Assembly: GCA_022843405.1 (NCBI GenBank)
Contig: JALHNQ010000010.1
Location: 8,957 to 72,956, forward strand
DNA length: 64,000 bases
Origin: Methylocystis sp.
GTDB taxonomy: Bacteria > Pseudomonadota > Alphaproteobacteria > Rhizobiales > Beijerinckiaceae
Reading direction: 5' to 3'
The notes under the pieces were generated by a model. That model was given only the letters and a program-made list of their open reading frames with translations. It made no database searches and was not told the origin of the DNA. The position numbers were made by a program, and so were the translations under genes. Below are positions 1 through 8,449 of the stretch, in pieces (the stretch's first letter is position 1; each line of letters opens with the position of its first letter).

Positions 1-1079
1 ACCGTGGCGCCTTCGGGCACGCCTTCGAGCACCGAGACTTCGTCCCCGCGCGACTCGCCGAGCCTAACGAAGGCCTGATGCGCGACGAGGCCGGAGCCTT
101 GCGGCGCCTTCTTGTCGGCGCTCTCCTCGCTTTTTTGCGCAAGGAACACCGAATTGCCGAAAGGCGCATAGACGATCGCCGTTTGCGGCAACGTGATGAG
201 GCGCTGGGGCTTGCCGGTCGCGATTTCCACCGAAGCGAACATGCCGGGCCGCAGCTTGCGTTCGGCATTGGCGAGGCTTGCGCGAATCTGCACGTTGCGA
301 CTCGCGAGATCCACCTTGGAGCTGATAGCGTCGATCTTGCCGGTAAAGCTCTGGCCGGGAAAGGCGTCGACGGTCGCGGCGATCGTCTGTCCGACCGTGA
401 CGCCATTCAAGTCCTGCTGGGGCAGGACAAAGTCGAGAAAGATCGGATCGAGCGCCTGCAAAGTCACGATCACCGTTCCGGCGCCGATATATTGGCCAAG
501 ATCGATCTGACGGATGCCGAGCCTTCCGGCAAAAGGCGCGAGCAGGGTCTTTTGCGCGATCACCGCCTCCTGCTGCACGACCTGGGCGTTGGCGCTTCGC
601 AGATTGGCGATGTCCGTATCCACAGTCGCCTGACTCGCGGCGCGGATTTTGAGCTGCGACTGGTCGCGGCGCAGGTTGATGGCGTTGAGCTCCGCCGTGG
701 CTTTCAAGGCTTCGAGCTGGGCGTTATCCGTATCCTTGCGCAGCTCGATGAGTATTTGCCCCGCCTTGACGTCCTGGCCCGACTGGAAGTGGATCTTCTC
801 CACGATGCCGGAGGTTTCGAGCGCGAGGTCCGCGCCATTGACGGCGCGGAATGTGCCGATGGCGGAAAACTTCGGGCGCCATTCCCGATAGGCGGCCGTC
901 GTCACCGACACGGTCTGCGGCGGATTGGCCATGGAGGCGAGGAACCGCCCGATCATCATCGAGCGGAAGCTGACGAAGCCGTAAAGGCCTGCGAACACGA
1001 GGGCGACGATCGCCAGCATGATCATCATGGGCTTGAACATCGATCCGAGACGGTCTTGCAAAAGCGTGTTAACGGGCAC
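1..1079 (-). CDS. RND efflux periplasmic adaptor (membrane fusion protein, MexH/AcrA-like), 3' end outside the window
   Basis: Not in the ORF track. Manual reverse translation gives (V)PVNTLLQDRLGSMFKPMMIMLAIVALVFAGLYGF...PPQTVSVTTA...FSAIGTFRAVNGADLALETSGIVEKIHFQSGQDVKAGQILIEL: an N-terminal TM anchor plus a lipoyl-like half-motif. Directly downstream of the outer-membrane factor. Start is GTG 1079 or ATG 1040. Confidence 0.85.
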   Translation of the reverse strand, partial: MPVNTLLQDRLGSMFKPMMIMLAIVALVFAGLYGFVSFRSMMIGRFLASMANPPQTVSVTTAAYREWRPKFSAIGTFRAVNGADLALETSGIVEKIHFQSGQDVKAGQILIELRKDTDNAQLEALKATAELNAINLRRDQSQLKIRAASQATVDTDIANLRSANAQVVQQEAVIAQKTLLAPFAGRLGIRQIDLGQYIGAGTVIVTLQALDPIFLDFVLPQQDLNGVTVGQTIAATVDAFPGQSFTGKIDAISSKVDLASRNVQIRASLANAERKLRPGMFASVEIATGKPQRLITLPQTAIVYAPFGNSVFLAQKSEESADKKAPQGSGLVAHQAFVRLGESRGDEVSVLEGVPEGAT

Positions 1080-2778
1080 GGGAGTGTTCCTCAGCCTCGG
1101 CGCGTATCGCCGCTGCGATCGGCAGGGTTGAAACAAGGTCGGTGGGTTTGGGAAGCGACGCCGGCGTCTCGTCGAGGCGATTCCACCAACCGCCGCCGAG
1201 CGCCTGCATCAGCGCCGCGGTATCGGAGAAGCGCGCCGCCTGCGCCTGGACGCGATTAAGACGGGCGCTGAGCAGGGTCTGCGCGGCGTTGAGCACCGTC
1301 GGATAGGTCGTCGAGCCGGCCAAATATTGGGCTTGCGAAATATCCAGGCTTTCGGCGGCGGCCTTTTCCGCCGCCACCTGCGCACGCAGCGTCTCGGCGT
1401 CATGCTTGATCGCCTGCAAGGCGTTGGCGACATTTTGGAAGGCGCTGATCACGGTCGCGCGATATTGCGCTTCCGCCTGTTCCAGCGCGGCCAGCTTCGC
1501 CTCGCGCTGATGGAATAATTTGCCGGCGTCGAACGCCTGGCCGGAGAGCTGCGCCGCAAGATTGTAGACCGAGGTCTGCGGCAAAAACAATTGCGCGAAA
1601 TTCGACGCCTGACTGCCGCCGCTGCCCGTCAGCGTGATCTGCGGCAGCATATTGGCCGTGGCGACGCCGACATTGGCGCTCGCCTGATGCAATTGCGCTT
1701 CCGCTGAAAGAACGTCGGGACGCTGGCGCACCAGATTGGACGGCAGGCTGAGCGGCAGATCCCGCGGTAGATGCAGATGCTCAATGTCGATCGCTTCGCC
1801 CTTATCGTCATTGGGAAAGCGGCCGAGATAGGCCATGAGCTGATTGCGCGTCTGCGCGCGCGCTTTTTCGAGCGGCGGCAGCGTCGCTTGCGCCTGAGCG
1901 ACGAGCGCCTTTTCCGACACCACGTCGGCCGCGCTCACGGCGCCGAGCTCAAAGCGCTTCTGCAATATGTCGAGTTGCTTCTGATAGGCGGCGATGAGAT
2001 CGCGCGTGACCTTGATCTGCGAGGCGTAGGATGAATCGGCGATCGCAGCGGTCACGACATTGGCGGCCAGCGCCAGATAGGTCGCCTCAAGCTGGAATCG
2101 CTGATACTCGGCCGCGGCGAAATCGCTCTCAACCGTGCGCATCGTCTTGCCGAAGACGTCGGGCGTAAACGATACGGCGACATTCGAATTATGGAGCGTA
2201 TAGAGCAGCGCCGTTGGTCCGCTCGACGAGGAGCTTTGCGAGAAGCCGCCGAATTGCGCCGTCGTCATTTGCGTGCGCGCCACGCTTTGGCTCAGAGTGG
2301 CCGACGGAAGGAAAGACGCCGCATCGGCTTCCGTGGTTTCTCGCGCCTGGCGAAGCGCCGCTTCGGCAGCCGCGATGTTGGGATGGTTGGTCACCGCCTC
2401 GGCCACCAGCGCCGAAATCTGCTTCGAGCGGAACAATCGCCACCATTCGCCCGGAATGTCGCGGCCTGACACCAGCCTTTGCGCGCCGCCGCCCGCGATG
2501 GGAGCCGATTGGGTGATGTTAGCAGGCTTGCCCACCGCATAGCCCGCGCCCAGGGGCGCCTCGGGCGCGACAAAGTCGGGGCCGACGGCGCAACCGGAAA
2601 GAACCGCCGCCTGTAGAAGTCCTAGAATCGCGGCCCACGCCTTTGATCTGCCCGATGTCCCTGGGCGCCGAAGGCTCGACGCGTTGTTTGGCGCGGTCGG
2701 CGACTCTGGGCGAATAGGACGGCGATCCCGCGCGAGCGGGCCGAACAATGGCCGTGATATTTGTGCCGTCCATTCCAT
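1069..2778 (-). CDS. Outer-membrane efflux lipoprotein, NodT/OprM (TolC) family
   Basis: Lipobox LSGC-AVGPDF, WWRLF, NHPNIAAAEA, LVRQRPDVLSAEAQL and ALMQALGGGWW motifs. Start may lie downstream of 2778. Confidence 0.93.
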   Translation of the reverse strand: MEWTAQISRPLFGPLARDRRPIRPESPTAPNNASSLRRPGTSGRSKAWAAILGLLQAAVLSGCAVGPDFVAPEAPLGAGYAVGKPANITQSAPIAGGGAQRLVSGRDIPGEWWRLFRSKQISALVAEAVTNHPNIAAAEAALRQARETTEADAASFLPSATLSQSVARTQMTTAQFGGFSQSSSSSGPTALLYTLHNSNVAVSFTPDVFGKTMRTVESDFAAAEYQRFQLEATYLALAANVVTAAIADSSYASQIKVTRDLIAAYQKQLDILQKRFELGAVSAADVVSEKALVAQAQATLPPLEKARAQTRNQLMAYLGRFPNDDKGEAIDIEHLHLPRDLPLSLPSNLVRQRPDVLSAEAQLHQASANVGVATANMLPQITLTGSGGSQASNFAQLFLPQTSVYNLAAQLSGQAFDAGKLFHQREAKLAALEQAEAQYRATVISAFQNVANALQAIKHDAETLRAQVAAEKAAAESLDISQAQYLAGSTTYPTVLNAAQTLLSARLNRVQAQAARFSDTAALMQALGGGWWNRLDETPASLPKPTDLVSTLPIAAAIRAEAEEHSRAR

Positions 2779-2791
2779 TTCTCACCCGGAC

Positions 2792-2813
2792 TAAACTGAA
2801 CAGTTCAGTTTTA
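2792..2813. promoter_or_regulatory. Putative TetR operator 1 (TAAACTG-AACAGTT-CAGTTTT)
   Basis: AAACTGAAC-A-GTTCAGTTT is a perfect inverted repeat in the divergent OMF/tetR intergenic region. Confidence 0.7.
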
Positions 2814-2840
2814 TCCTTGCCATGAGATAGGTGTCAACGT

Positions 2841-2861
2841 TAAACTGAACCGAGCAGTTTA
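2841..2861. promoter_or_regulatory. Putative TetR operator 2 (TAAACTG-AACCGAG-CAGTTTA)
   Basis: Second copy of the TAAACTG-N7-CAGTTT palindrome, 49 bp from the first. Confidence 0.7.
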
Positions 2862-3040
2862 GTTTGGATGCATTCGCAGCAAGGCGACGCAACACCATTC
2901 AAGACACGCGCAATTTATGGGGTCTGGCTCGACCTGGTATGCGGAGGCTCACATGCGTGTATGCTAGAGGAGGCAAAGGCTTGACAGCGAAGGAAGTCGG
3001 CGGCGCTGCGCGCCTGACGACTGAAACAGGGGAGCCCGCG

Positions 3041-3757
3041 ATGAAGCGTCCATCCACGGAATGCCCGTCGACGGCGAAATCGGCGGAAGCGCATGTTGCG
3101 GGACCGAAGGAATGTTCCGTGATCGCGGCCGCCCGGAAATTATTCCTTGAGCAGGGATTCGCCGAGACGAGCATGGATGCGATTGCGCGGGCTGCGTGTG
3201 TGTCGAAGGCGACGCTTTACGCTTATTTTCCGAGCAAGGAGGCTTTGTTCGCCCATTTGATCGAAGCGGAATGCCGCCTGAAAACCAGCAGGCTGCAGAT
3301 GCCGGATCTCGACATCGGCCTTGTCGAGACGCTTCGAAGCTTCGCCCGCCAATTTGTCGAGGTGTATATGACGCCGGAGTCGATGGCGTTCTTTCAGGCG
3401 ATATCCAGTGAGCGCATGCGCTTTCCGCAACTCTGCAGGCTCTTTTTTGAAAGCGGGCCGAAAAACGAACTCATGCGCGTCGCGGCGTTGCTCGAAGAGG
3501 CCAAAGCCCGCGGCTTTCTGACTTTCTCCGATGCGACCATAGCGGCGAACCATTTTTTGAGCCTCGTCCGAGGCGATCTGCCGCTCCACACGGCGCTCGG
3601 TCTCGAACCGAAGGCTGAGGCGTCGGTCGACGCGACGGTTGACGCTGGAATCGCCGTTTTTTTGAAGGCCTACGGAACGGTAGGGGCGCCAATTCCTTGG
3701 CACGAATTGTCGCAGAGGAATTGCGACGCAATCTCCCGGCAAGGCGAGAGGCATTAG
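3041..3757 (+). CDS. TetR/AcrR family transcriptional regulator
   Basis: HTH AARKLFLEQGFAETSMDAIARAACVSKATLYAYFPSKEALF. ATG 3041 follows a GGGGAG RBS. Divergent from the efflux genes. Confidence 0.93.
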   Translation: MKRPSTECPSTAKSAEAHVAGPKECSVIAAARKLFLEQGFAETSMDAIARAACVSKATLYAYFPSKEALFAHLIEAECRLKTSRLQMPDLDIGLVETLRSFARQFVEVYMTPESMAFFQAISSERMRFPQLCRLFFESGPKNELMRVAALLEEAKARGFLTFSDATIAANHFLSLVRGDLPLHTALGLEPKAEASVDATVDAGIAVFLKAYGTVGAPIPWHELSQRNCDAISRQGERH

Positions 3758-3788
3758 GATGTGAGCCGCTCAAAGGGCGACGTTACAC

Positions 3789-3816
3789 TTGACATACTCG
3801 GCTCATGATTTAGTAT
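3789..3816 (+). promoter_or_regulatory. Sigma70-like promoter overlapping the left IR of the IS
   Basis: TTGACA (3789-3794), 16 bp, TAGTAT (3811-3816). The ATG at 3824 implies a near-leaderless transcript. Confidence 0.5.
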
Positions 3817-3823
3817 TCAAGGC

Positions 3824-4207
3824 ATGATCGAATTTCCGCTCGGCCTCAGCCTCACCGAAACCGAAGACGGGTTCCTGCTCGTTCGAAAGGCTGAGAATGG
3901 CGAACTCACGCGTCTTTACCTTTCTGAGCCCGAGATGATTGGTCTAAAGGCCAAATGCGACGCATGGGCTGCGCAATTTCTACAACGCGCACAGGCCAAA
4001 TCCGGCTCGGTCCAAGCAATTGTCGCTCATCCCGTGTCAGAGGTCGCGGCAACAATCGACGCTTTTTCTGAGAATGCTCTTCTGCAGATGCGCGCTCCAA
4101 CAGGCGAGCAAATGACGCTCTCCCTGAGTCTTGGGGCGACGGAAGCGCTCCTTGCAGAACTTCCGGGTCTACTGGCGCGGATGAAGACCGCCCCAACCTC
4201 GAATTAG
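3824..4207 (+). CDS. Hypothetical passenger protein (127 aa)
   Basis: Clean ORF between the IRL promoter and the transposase (11-bp gap). Plausible globular composition; no recognised family. Confidence 0.65.
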   Translation: MIEFPLGLSLTETEDGFLLVRKAENGELTRLYLSEPEMIGLKAKCDAWAAQFLQRAQAKSGSVQAIVAHPVSEVAATIDAFSENALLQMRAPTGEQMTLSLSLGATEALLAELPGLLARMKTAPTSN

Positions 4208-4218
4208 GGTCATCCGAC

Positions 4219-5142
4219 ATGGCTTCCTCGGTTCTCAACGCTCCGCACTTCCAGCACGAAGACGCCGCTTTCGCTTATGTCGAAGCGCATCTGTGGCCGA
4301 ACGGGCCGGTCTGCCCGCATTGCCAGAATGCCGACGAAACTCGGCTGCGGCGGATGCAGGGCAAGACTACCCGCAAGGGCCTCATCAAGTGCAACGAGTG
4401 CGGCAAGCCCTTCACCGTCCGCATGGGGACCATCTTCGAATCGTCCCACCTGCCGCTGCATCTGTGGTTGCAAGTCATTCATTTGATGTGCGCCAGCAAG
4501 AAAGGCATTTCGACCCGCCAAATTCAGCGGATGCTCAATTGCAGCATGAAAACCGCATGGTTTCTGACCCATCGCATCCGGCACGCCATGGACCCAGGTT
4601 CGTCCACTCCCATCGGCGGGCTCGGCAAGATCGTCGAGGCGGATGAAACCGCGCTGACCAACTCCCAGAAGACCAAGCGCGGACCAGAGCGCAAAAAGCC
4701 CCATACCGTCGTTTTCAGCCTTATCGATCGCTCCGGGCCAATTCGCTCGATTATCCTCGACCATCGTGGCGTCCGGCCGCATCTCTGGGAACATCTCGAC
4801 CGCAGAAGCCGCCTCATGACCGATATGGCCATGCACTACCGGAATTTCGTGCCGGTCGGGCAGCATGAAGCTGTCGACCACTCCAAGCGCGAATACGTCA
4901 GGGGCGAAGCCCACACCAACACCCTTGAAGGCTTCTTTTCGATCTTCAAGCGTGGGCTCATCGGCGTCTATCAGCACGTCGACAAGCGCCATCTGCATCG
5001 CTATCTCGCGGAGTTCGATTTCCGGCAGAATAATCGGCAGAAGCTCGGCATTGATGATACCGCGCGCGCGGAAATCGCCCTCAAAGGCTTCAAAGGCAAG
5101 AGATTGACCTATGAAACAACTCAAAGCGAAGCCTCCGCATAA
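4219..5142 (+). CDS. IS1595-family DDE transposase
   Basis: Zn-ribbon WPNGPVCPHC...CNECGKPFTV, KKGISTRQIQRML HTH, VEADET, MTD, HTNTLEGFFSIFKRG and YLAEFDFRQN motifs. Confidence 0.96.
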   Translation: MASSVLNAPHFQHEDAAFAYVEAHLWPNGPVCPHCQNADETRLRRMQGKTTRKGLIKCNECGKPFTVRMGTIFESSHLPLHLWLQVIHLMCASKKGISTRQIQRMLNCSMKTAWFLTHRIRHAMDPGSSTPIGGLGKIVEADETALTNSQKTKRGPERKKPHTVVFSLIDRSGPIRSIILDHRGVRPHLWEHLDRRSRLMTDMAMHYRNFVPVGQHEAVDHSKREYVRGEAHTNTLEGFFSIFKRGLIGVYQHVDKRHLHRYLAEFDFRQNNRQKLGIDDTARAEIALKGFKGKRLTYETTQSEASA

Positions 5143-5151
5143 AGGGAAGGA

Positions 5152-5433
5152 ATGACCCTCATGGCTGAGCAAGAGCGCGTCTTATTAGCCCGGCCCTGTC
5201 GCTATGTTTTGCCAGACGATCTAACGTTTGAAGGTCTAGCCCTTCCTCAAGGTAGAGAAACAGCCCGAATCCGTTTTTCCCGGCCGGGCGGAACAACACT
5301 GGAAATTCCTTTGTCGGCAAAATCCCTCGCCTTTCTAGCTCAGTGTCTCGCGCCCTTGCACGGGCTGCTGCCGAATGAAATTCCTGATGAGCTTGCAGTG
5401 CTTCGCAAGAACGTTGGTTTTCTGGATGATTAG
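5152..5433 (+). CDS. Hypothetical passenger protein (~90 aa)
   Basis: ORF 9 bp after the transposase stop with a purine-rich RBS; no recognised family. Confidence 0.6.
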   Translation: MTLMAEQERVLLARPCRYVLPDDLTFEGLALPQGRETARIRFSRPGGTTLEIPLSAKSLAFLAQCLAPLHGLLPNEIPDELAVLRKNVGFLDD

Positions 5434-5442
5434 ACGAGTGGC

Positions 5443-5691
5443 TCATGGTGACGATTCTCCGTAGCATCGGATGACAAATTTCGGCTTGGCGATAGAATCA
5501 TCGTCCTTGGAAAATCCGCAGCTCTGAATTGCGCCAGTGCGCGCATTGAGACGCCAGACGAACGGATTGCCATCAGCCCCTGTAAAAGCCGCGATCTGGT
5601 ACTTGATCACAAATTGAGAAGTGACGATCGTGATGCCAATGATGAGAGCGGCCACAATCACTGCTAGCGCGACAATGCTTTCACTCTTCAT
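5443..5691 (-). CDS. Small membrane-anchored passenger protein (82 aa)
   Basis: GGAG RBS, then MKSESIVALAVIVAALIIGITIV (TM/signal), followed by VWRLNARTGAIQSC. Confidence 0.6.
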   Translation of the reverse strand: MKSESIVALAVIVAALIIGITIVTSQFVIKYQIAAFTGADGNPFVWRLNARTGAIQSCGFSKDDDSIAKPKFVIRCYGESSP

Positions 5692-5720
5692 GGCTGCTCC
5701 CTCCGGTCTGTGATAGGTTG

Positions 5721-5924
5721 ATGTCCATGCCCGCAAAACAATCGAAACTGACCGACGCTGAGCGCCACAAGCGCTTTCTTGATATGGCGAAAGAAGTCGA
5801 GGCTTCCGAGCAGAAAGAAGATTTCGACAAGGCGTTCAAGAAAGTGACGGCCGTCATTAAGGAACCTCCCAAACACCTTGTCGAAGACGATGCGCCGAGC
5901 AAATCTGGTCGTAATCCCAGATGA
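5721..5924 (+). CDS. Small charged helical passenger protein (~67 aa)
   Basis: ERHKRFLDMAKEVEASEQKEDFDKAFKKV. It resembles small ORFs I recall inside alphaproteobacterial IS1595 elements (not verified). Confidence 0.5.
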   Translation: MSMPAKQSKLTDAERHKRFLDMAKEVEASEQKEDFDKAFKKVTAVIKEPPKHLVEDDAPSKSGRNPR

Positions 5925-6681
5925 TGCCGCTCACCGGAGCCGCCTTTTCCATCAAAGCGCCGAGAGACTTGCGAGGCGGCCGTAGGCCGGTTTCAGCCGC
6001 CCACTTCTCAAAGGTGAGCCAACGTTCGTCTTCATCCATGGGTCGGCTTTGCATCGAATGCCAGTCGTCGGCATTCAGATGATTGCGTTGCAGTTCCCAA
6101 GTAAAAAAGTCAGCGATTTGCAGCGGCGCAAGCTGGCTGGCCGTGATGCCTTTTTGGAGTGGGAATAGGCCAACGTTTTCGAGCGCCTTGCCGTAATAGC
6201 GGTCTGATTCTCCATAGGATGTCGCTTTTTCAAGCTTCGAATGCACTTTCTCGACGCGATCAAAAAACACTTCCGATGTCAGATCGCCATACTCCTTCGT
6301 GATCATCAATAGGCAACCGTATGCCGCTAACGGATAGGGTTCGAGATTGGCGCCCGTCTCTGAATTGAACCGATCAAGGTCAGCCAGCCTGACAATCGAC
6401 CAGAAACCGGTTAGCCAGCATTCGGAAATCAGGTCCGTTACATCGCTGAAAAACGCGGCCAATTCCGCATTATGCTCTTTGAGCGGATGCCACTTGGCGT
6501 ATGGCCCGTTCGGGCGTCCAAATTCCTTCATATGGAGATAGGGGACGCCGTGCTTGGCCAAGAGCTTTGGCCATTTGTCGTCGAAACACTCCCACTTGAG
6601 ATCGTTTCCGATATAGCCGCCAATCGCCCAAATCCGGTCGCCCGGACGGCTGTCATCGGCATAGCCTTTGAGAATCGCCAT
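5857..6681 (-). CDS. DUF3800-like protein (predicted RNase H-like fold)
   Basis: N-terminal LKGYADDS...IWAIGG and C-terminal PLQIADFFTW match the Y-x-D-E/D-S and Q-x-A-D hallmarks of DUF3800. Start assumed at MAILK (6681). Confidence 0.7.
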   Translation of the reverse strand: MAILKGYADDSRPGDRIWAIGGYIGNDLKWECFDDKWPKLLAKHGVPYLHMKEFGRPNGPYAKWHPLKEHNAELAAFFSDVTDLISECWLTGFWSIVRLADLDRFNSETGANLEPYPLAAYGCLLMITKEYGDLTSEVFFDRVEKVHSKLEKATSYGESDRYYGKALENVGLFPLQKGITASQLAPLQIADFFTWELQRNHLNADDWHSMQSRPMDEDERWLTFEKWAAETGLRPPRKSLGALMEKAAPVSGIIWDYDQICSAHRLRQGVWEVP

Positions 6682-7349
6682 GACGCTTGGCCTCGGCGAC
6701 CTGTTGAACATCGAAAGCTGAGAAAATCGGATTTTTTCGTGAGCGCCGGATCGCTCTTGGCCGCTCATCTAGCATACCCCTTGTTCGAGGTATCGCAAGT
6801 GTAACGTCGCCGCTCAAAGCGACTATTGGGATCGCTGACGTGATCCCTCTTTGCTTCGGCCGCTTCAAGCCGCCACAGGATCAACCAATCCATTGGAAGT
6901 TTTTGAGATGCTCAATGGAGCCTGGCGGAACGCTCAACTTGGCGGGAAGCTGCGCCCGAATCAAATTCACGATTCGCTCAACAGCAGTCTCTGGTCCACC
7001 ACGCGCCGTTTCGATCCGGCTAACTCTACAGTCCTGCGGTCGAGTTGCAATCGCAGCGCTTCGAGCTCCTTTTGAGCATGCTCTATGACGGCGGACATCC
7101 ACTCGACTTGAGTCTCGGCCAAGCGCAGCATTGTCTCTGCGCGCTCAGCCCACAGCTCAGCGCGGCCCAAATCCTCCCTCAGGCGTCGGCGCCTCCTGGG
7201 CGCGCATTAGCGCATGGGCCGCCTGCTCCTCGAATGCTTTGATCGCCGCCGCTGTTCGAACACAAGATTTAGCGCGGCTCACGGGCAGGCTCATGCGTCG
7301 AACCATCGTTCTTGCGGATGGGTTCGTCCGCCGCCTGGTCAAAATCTGG

Positions 7350-8066
7350 CGCAGCACGACTTCTTTGTCGCCGATCGCGCGCTTGGTTCGAACGGCGCCG
7401 GCAATCTCGTCGACCTTTTTCGATAGCGGCTTTGTTCCCGGCAGGTGGGCATGCGCGACGTCGCAGGTGTCATCGATGTCGAGCATCACCGAAGACGGCG
7501 GCTTTTCGTAGGACGCCATCCATTGATCGACGAACGCAAAAGTGAAACGGATCACGTTGCGCAGCCCCCGCGTGTTCTCGAGGCGCAACAGCGTCGGTTG
7601 CGAGCACAGATCCTACCCCATGCAGGTCAGCGTCCGCAGGCGAGTTTGAAAGCCTGATCGAAGCACTGCGAGTCGAGATCGTCGGCGTCCTCGTAGCCGC
7701 GGGCAATTGCGAAAATGCGGGCGTGGATCATGTCGGCGAAGCTGAGCGCGATGTGCGACGGATTGCGGGCAGTCGGGAATGCGGCGCACGAGCCGTTCGG
7801 CGATCCCGAGCCGGCGCTCGGCCAGCGACAGAGGCATGACGCCGCCTTCCGAATTGATCCGACCGCGCCACCGAAGGCGCCGGTGATTTCTTGCGGGTGA
7901 CGGCGGGAAAGGAGAAGGCGACGGACGCATCGTCAAGCATGGCGGGCGTGGCGCGCGGATTTGGCGGACAAGATTGGCGTAGACGACCAAAGCTTATTCC
8001 CTATCAGCCTCTCACGCTACGCCCGCCAACCTCTCCCGCGACACGTCATGAATAGGATGAGCTAGG
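7350..8066 (-). pseudogene. Degenerate IS1380-family element (frameshifted, internally deleted transposase)
   Basis: Fragments in shifting frames: MLDDASVAFSFPAVTRKK, SEGGVMPLSLAERRLGIAERL, FADMIHARIFAIARGYEDADDLD, DLCSQPTL, MLDIDDTCD, LSKKVDEIAGAVRT. A probable end CCTAGCTCATCCTATTCATGA lies at 8046-8066. Confidence 0.8.
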
Positions 8067-8449
8067 TGTTTGGCTCCGGCACCTTAACGATGACAATAGC
8101 ATCGAAAGTGAAAACGCCAAGGAATTCAGTCGGGGGGATCGACGGTAGCGCTCCTCCGCTACCATGAACGATGTTTTATATTATATTTCTGTATGTTAGA
8201 AAAGTTTTCTCCTGTGCGGTCACACGCGATGGCGCGACGGAGCCGCTACCAGATGTGCAGAAGAGCAAAGCTTAGACGGCGAGCGGCGCGTTTGAACTTT
8301 TGAGTGTAAATGACCGTGTCGTTCAATAGATGGTCGAACGCTTCAACACTGATGACGTCGAAGCGCTTCTTCTCCGCAGCGCGTCTTGCCGCGCCAGTCA
8401 TTGGACGATCCCCGATCACCGATCTGTCAGTCGCGCTGGCGAAGCGCCG

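Larger units (their letters stand above)
3776..6811 (+). mobile_element. IS1595-family insertion sequence with passenger genes (transporter IS), 3,036 bp
   Basis: Perfect 16-bp terminal inverted repeats GGCGACGTTACACTTG (3776-3791) and CAAGTGTAACGTCGCC (6796-6811), flanked by the 8-bp direct repeat GCTCAAAG (3768-3775 and 6812-6819). Contains an intact IS1595 transposase. Confidence 0.95.

Noticed and set aside
78-1259. 393-aa plus-strand ORF and many other long antisense ORFs (e.g. 20963-22237, 41679-43172, 46383-48347, 51354-53150, 56942-58513)
   Set aside because: Shadow ORFs opposite well-supported genes, expected in high-GC DNA. They are Arg-rich and contain no motifs.
6820-7350. Coiled-coil-like fragments in shifting frames (AAAIKAFEEQAAHAL..., AERAETMLRLAETQVEW...ELEALRLQL)
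   Set aside because: Possibly a decayed gene, but there is no recognisable family or start. Rejoining the IS1595 empty site gave no convincing interrupted gene.
8070-8300. AT-rich tract downstream of the SagB gene as an origin or ncRNA
   Set aside because: No iterons, DnaA boxes or recognisable RNA structure seen.
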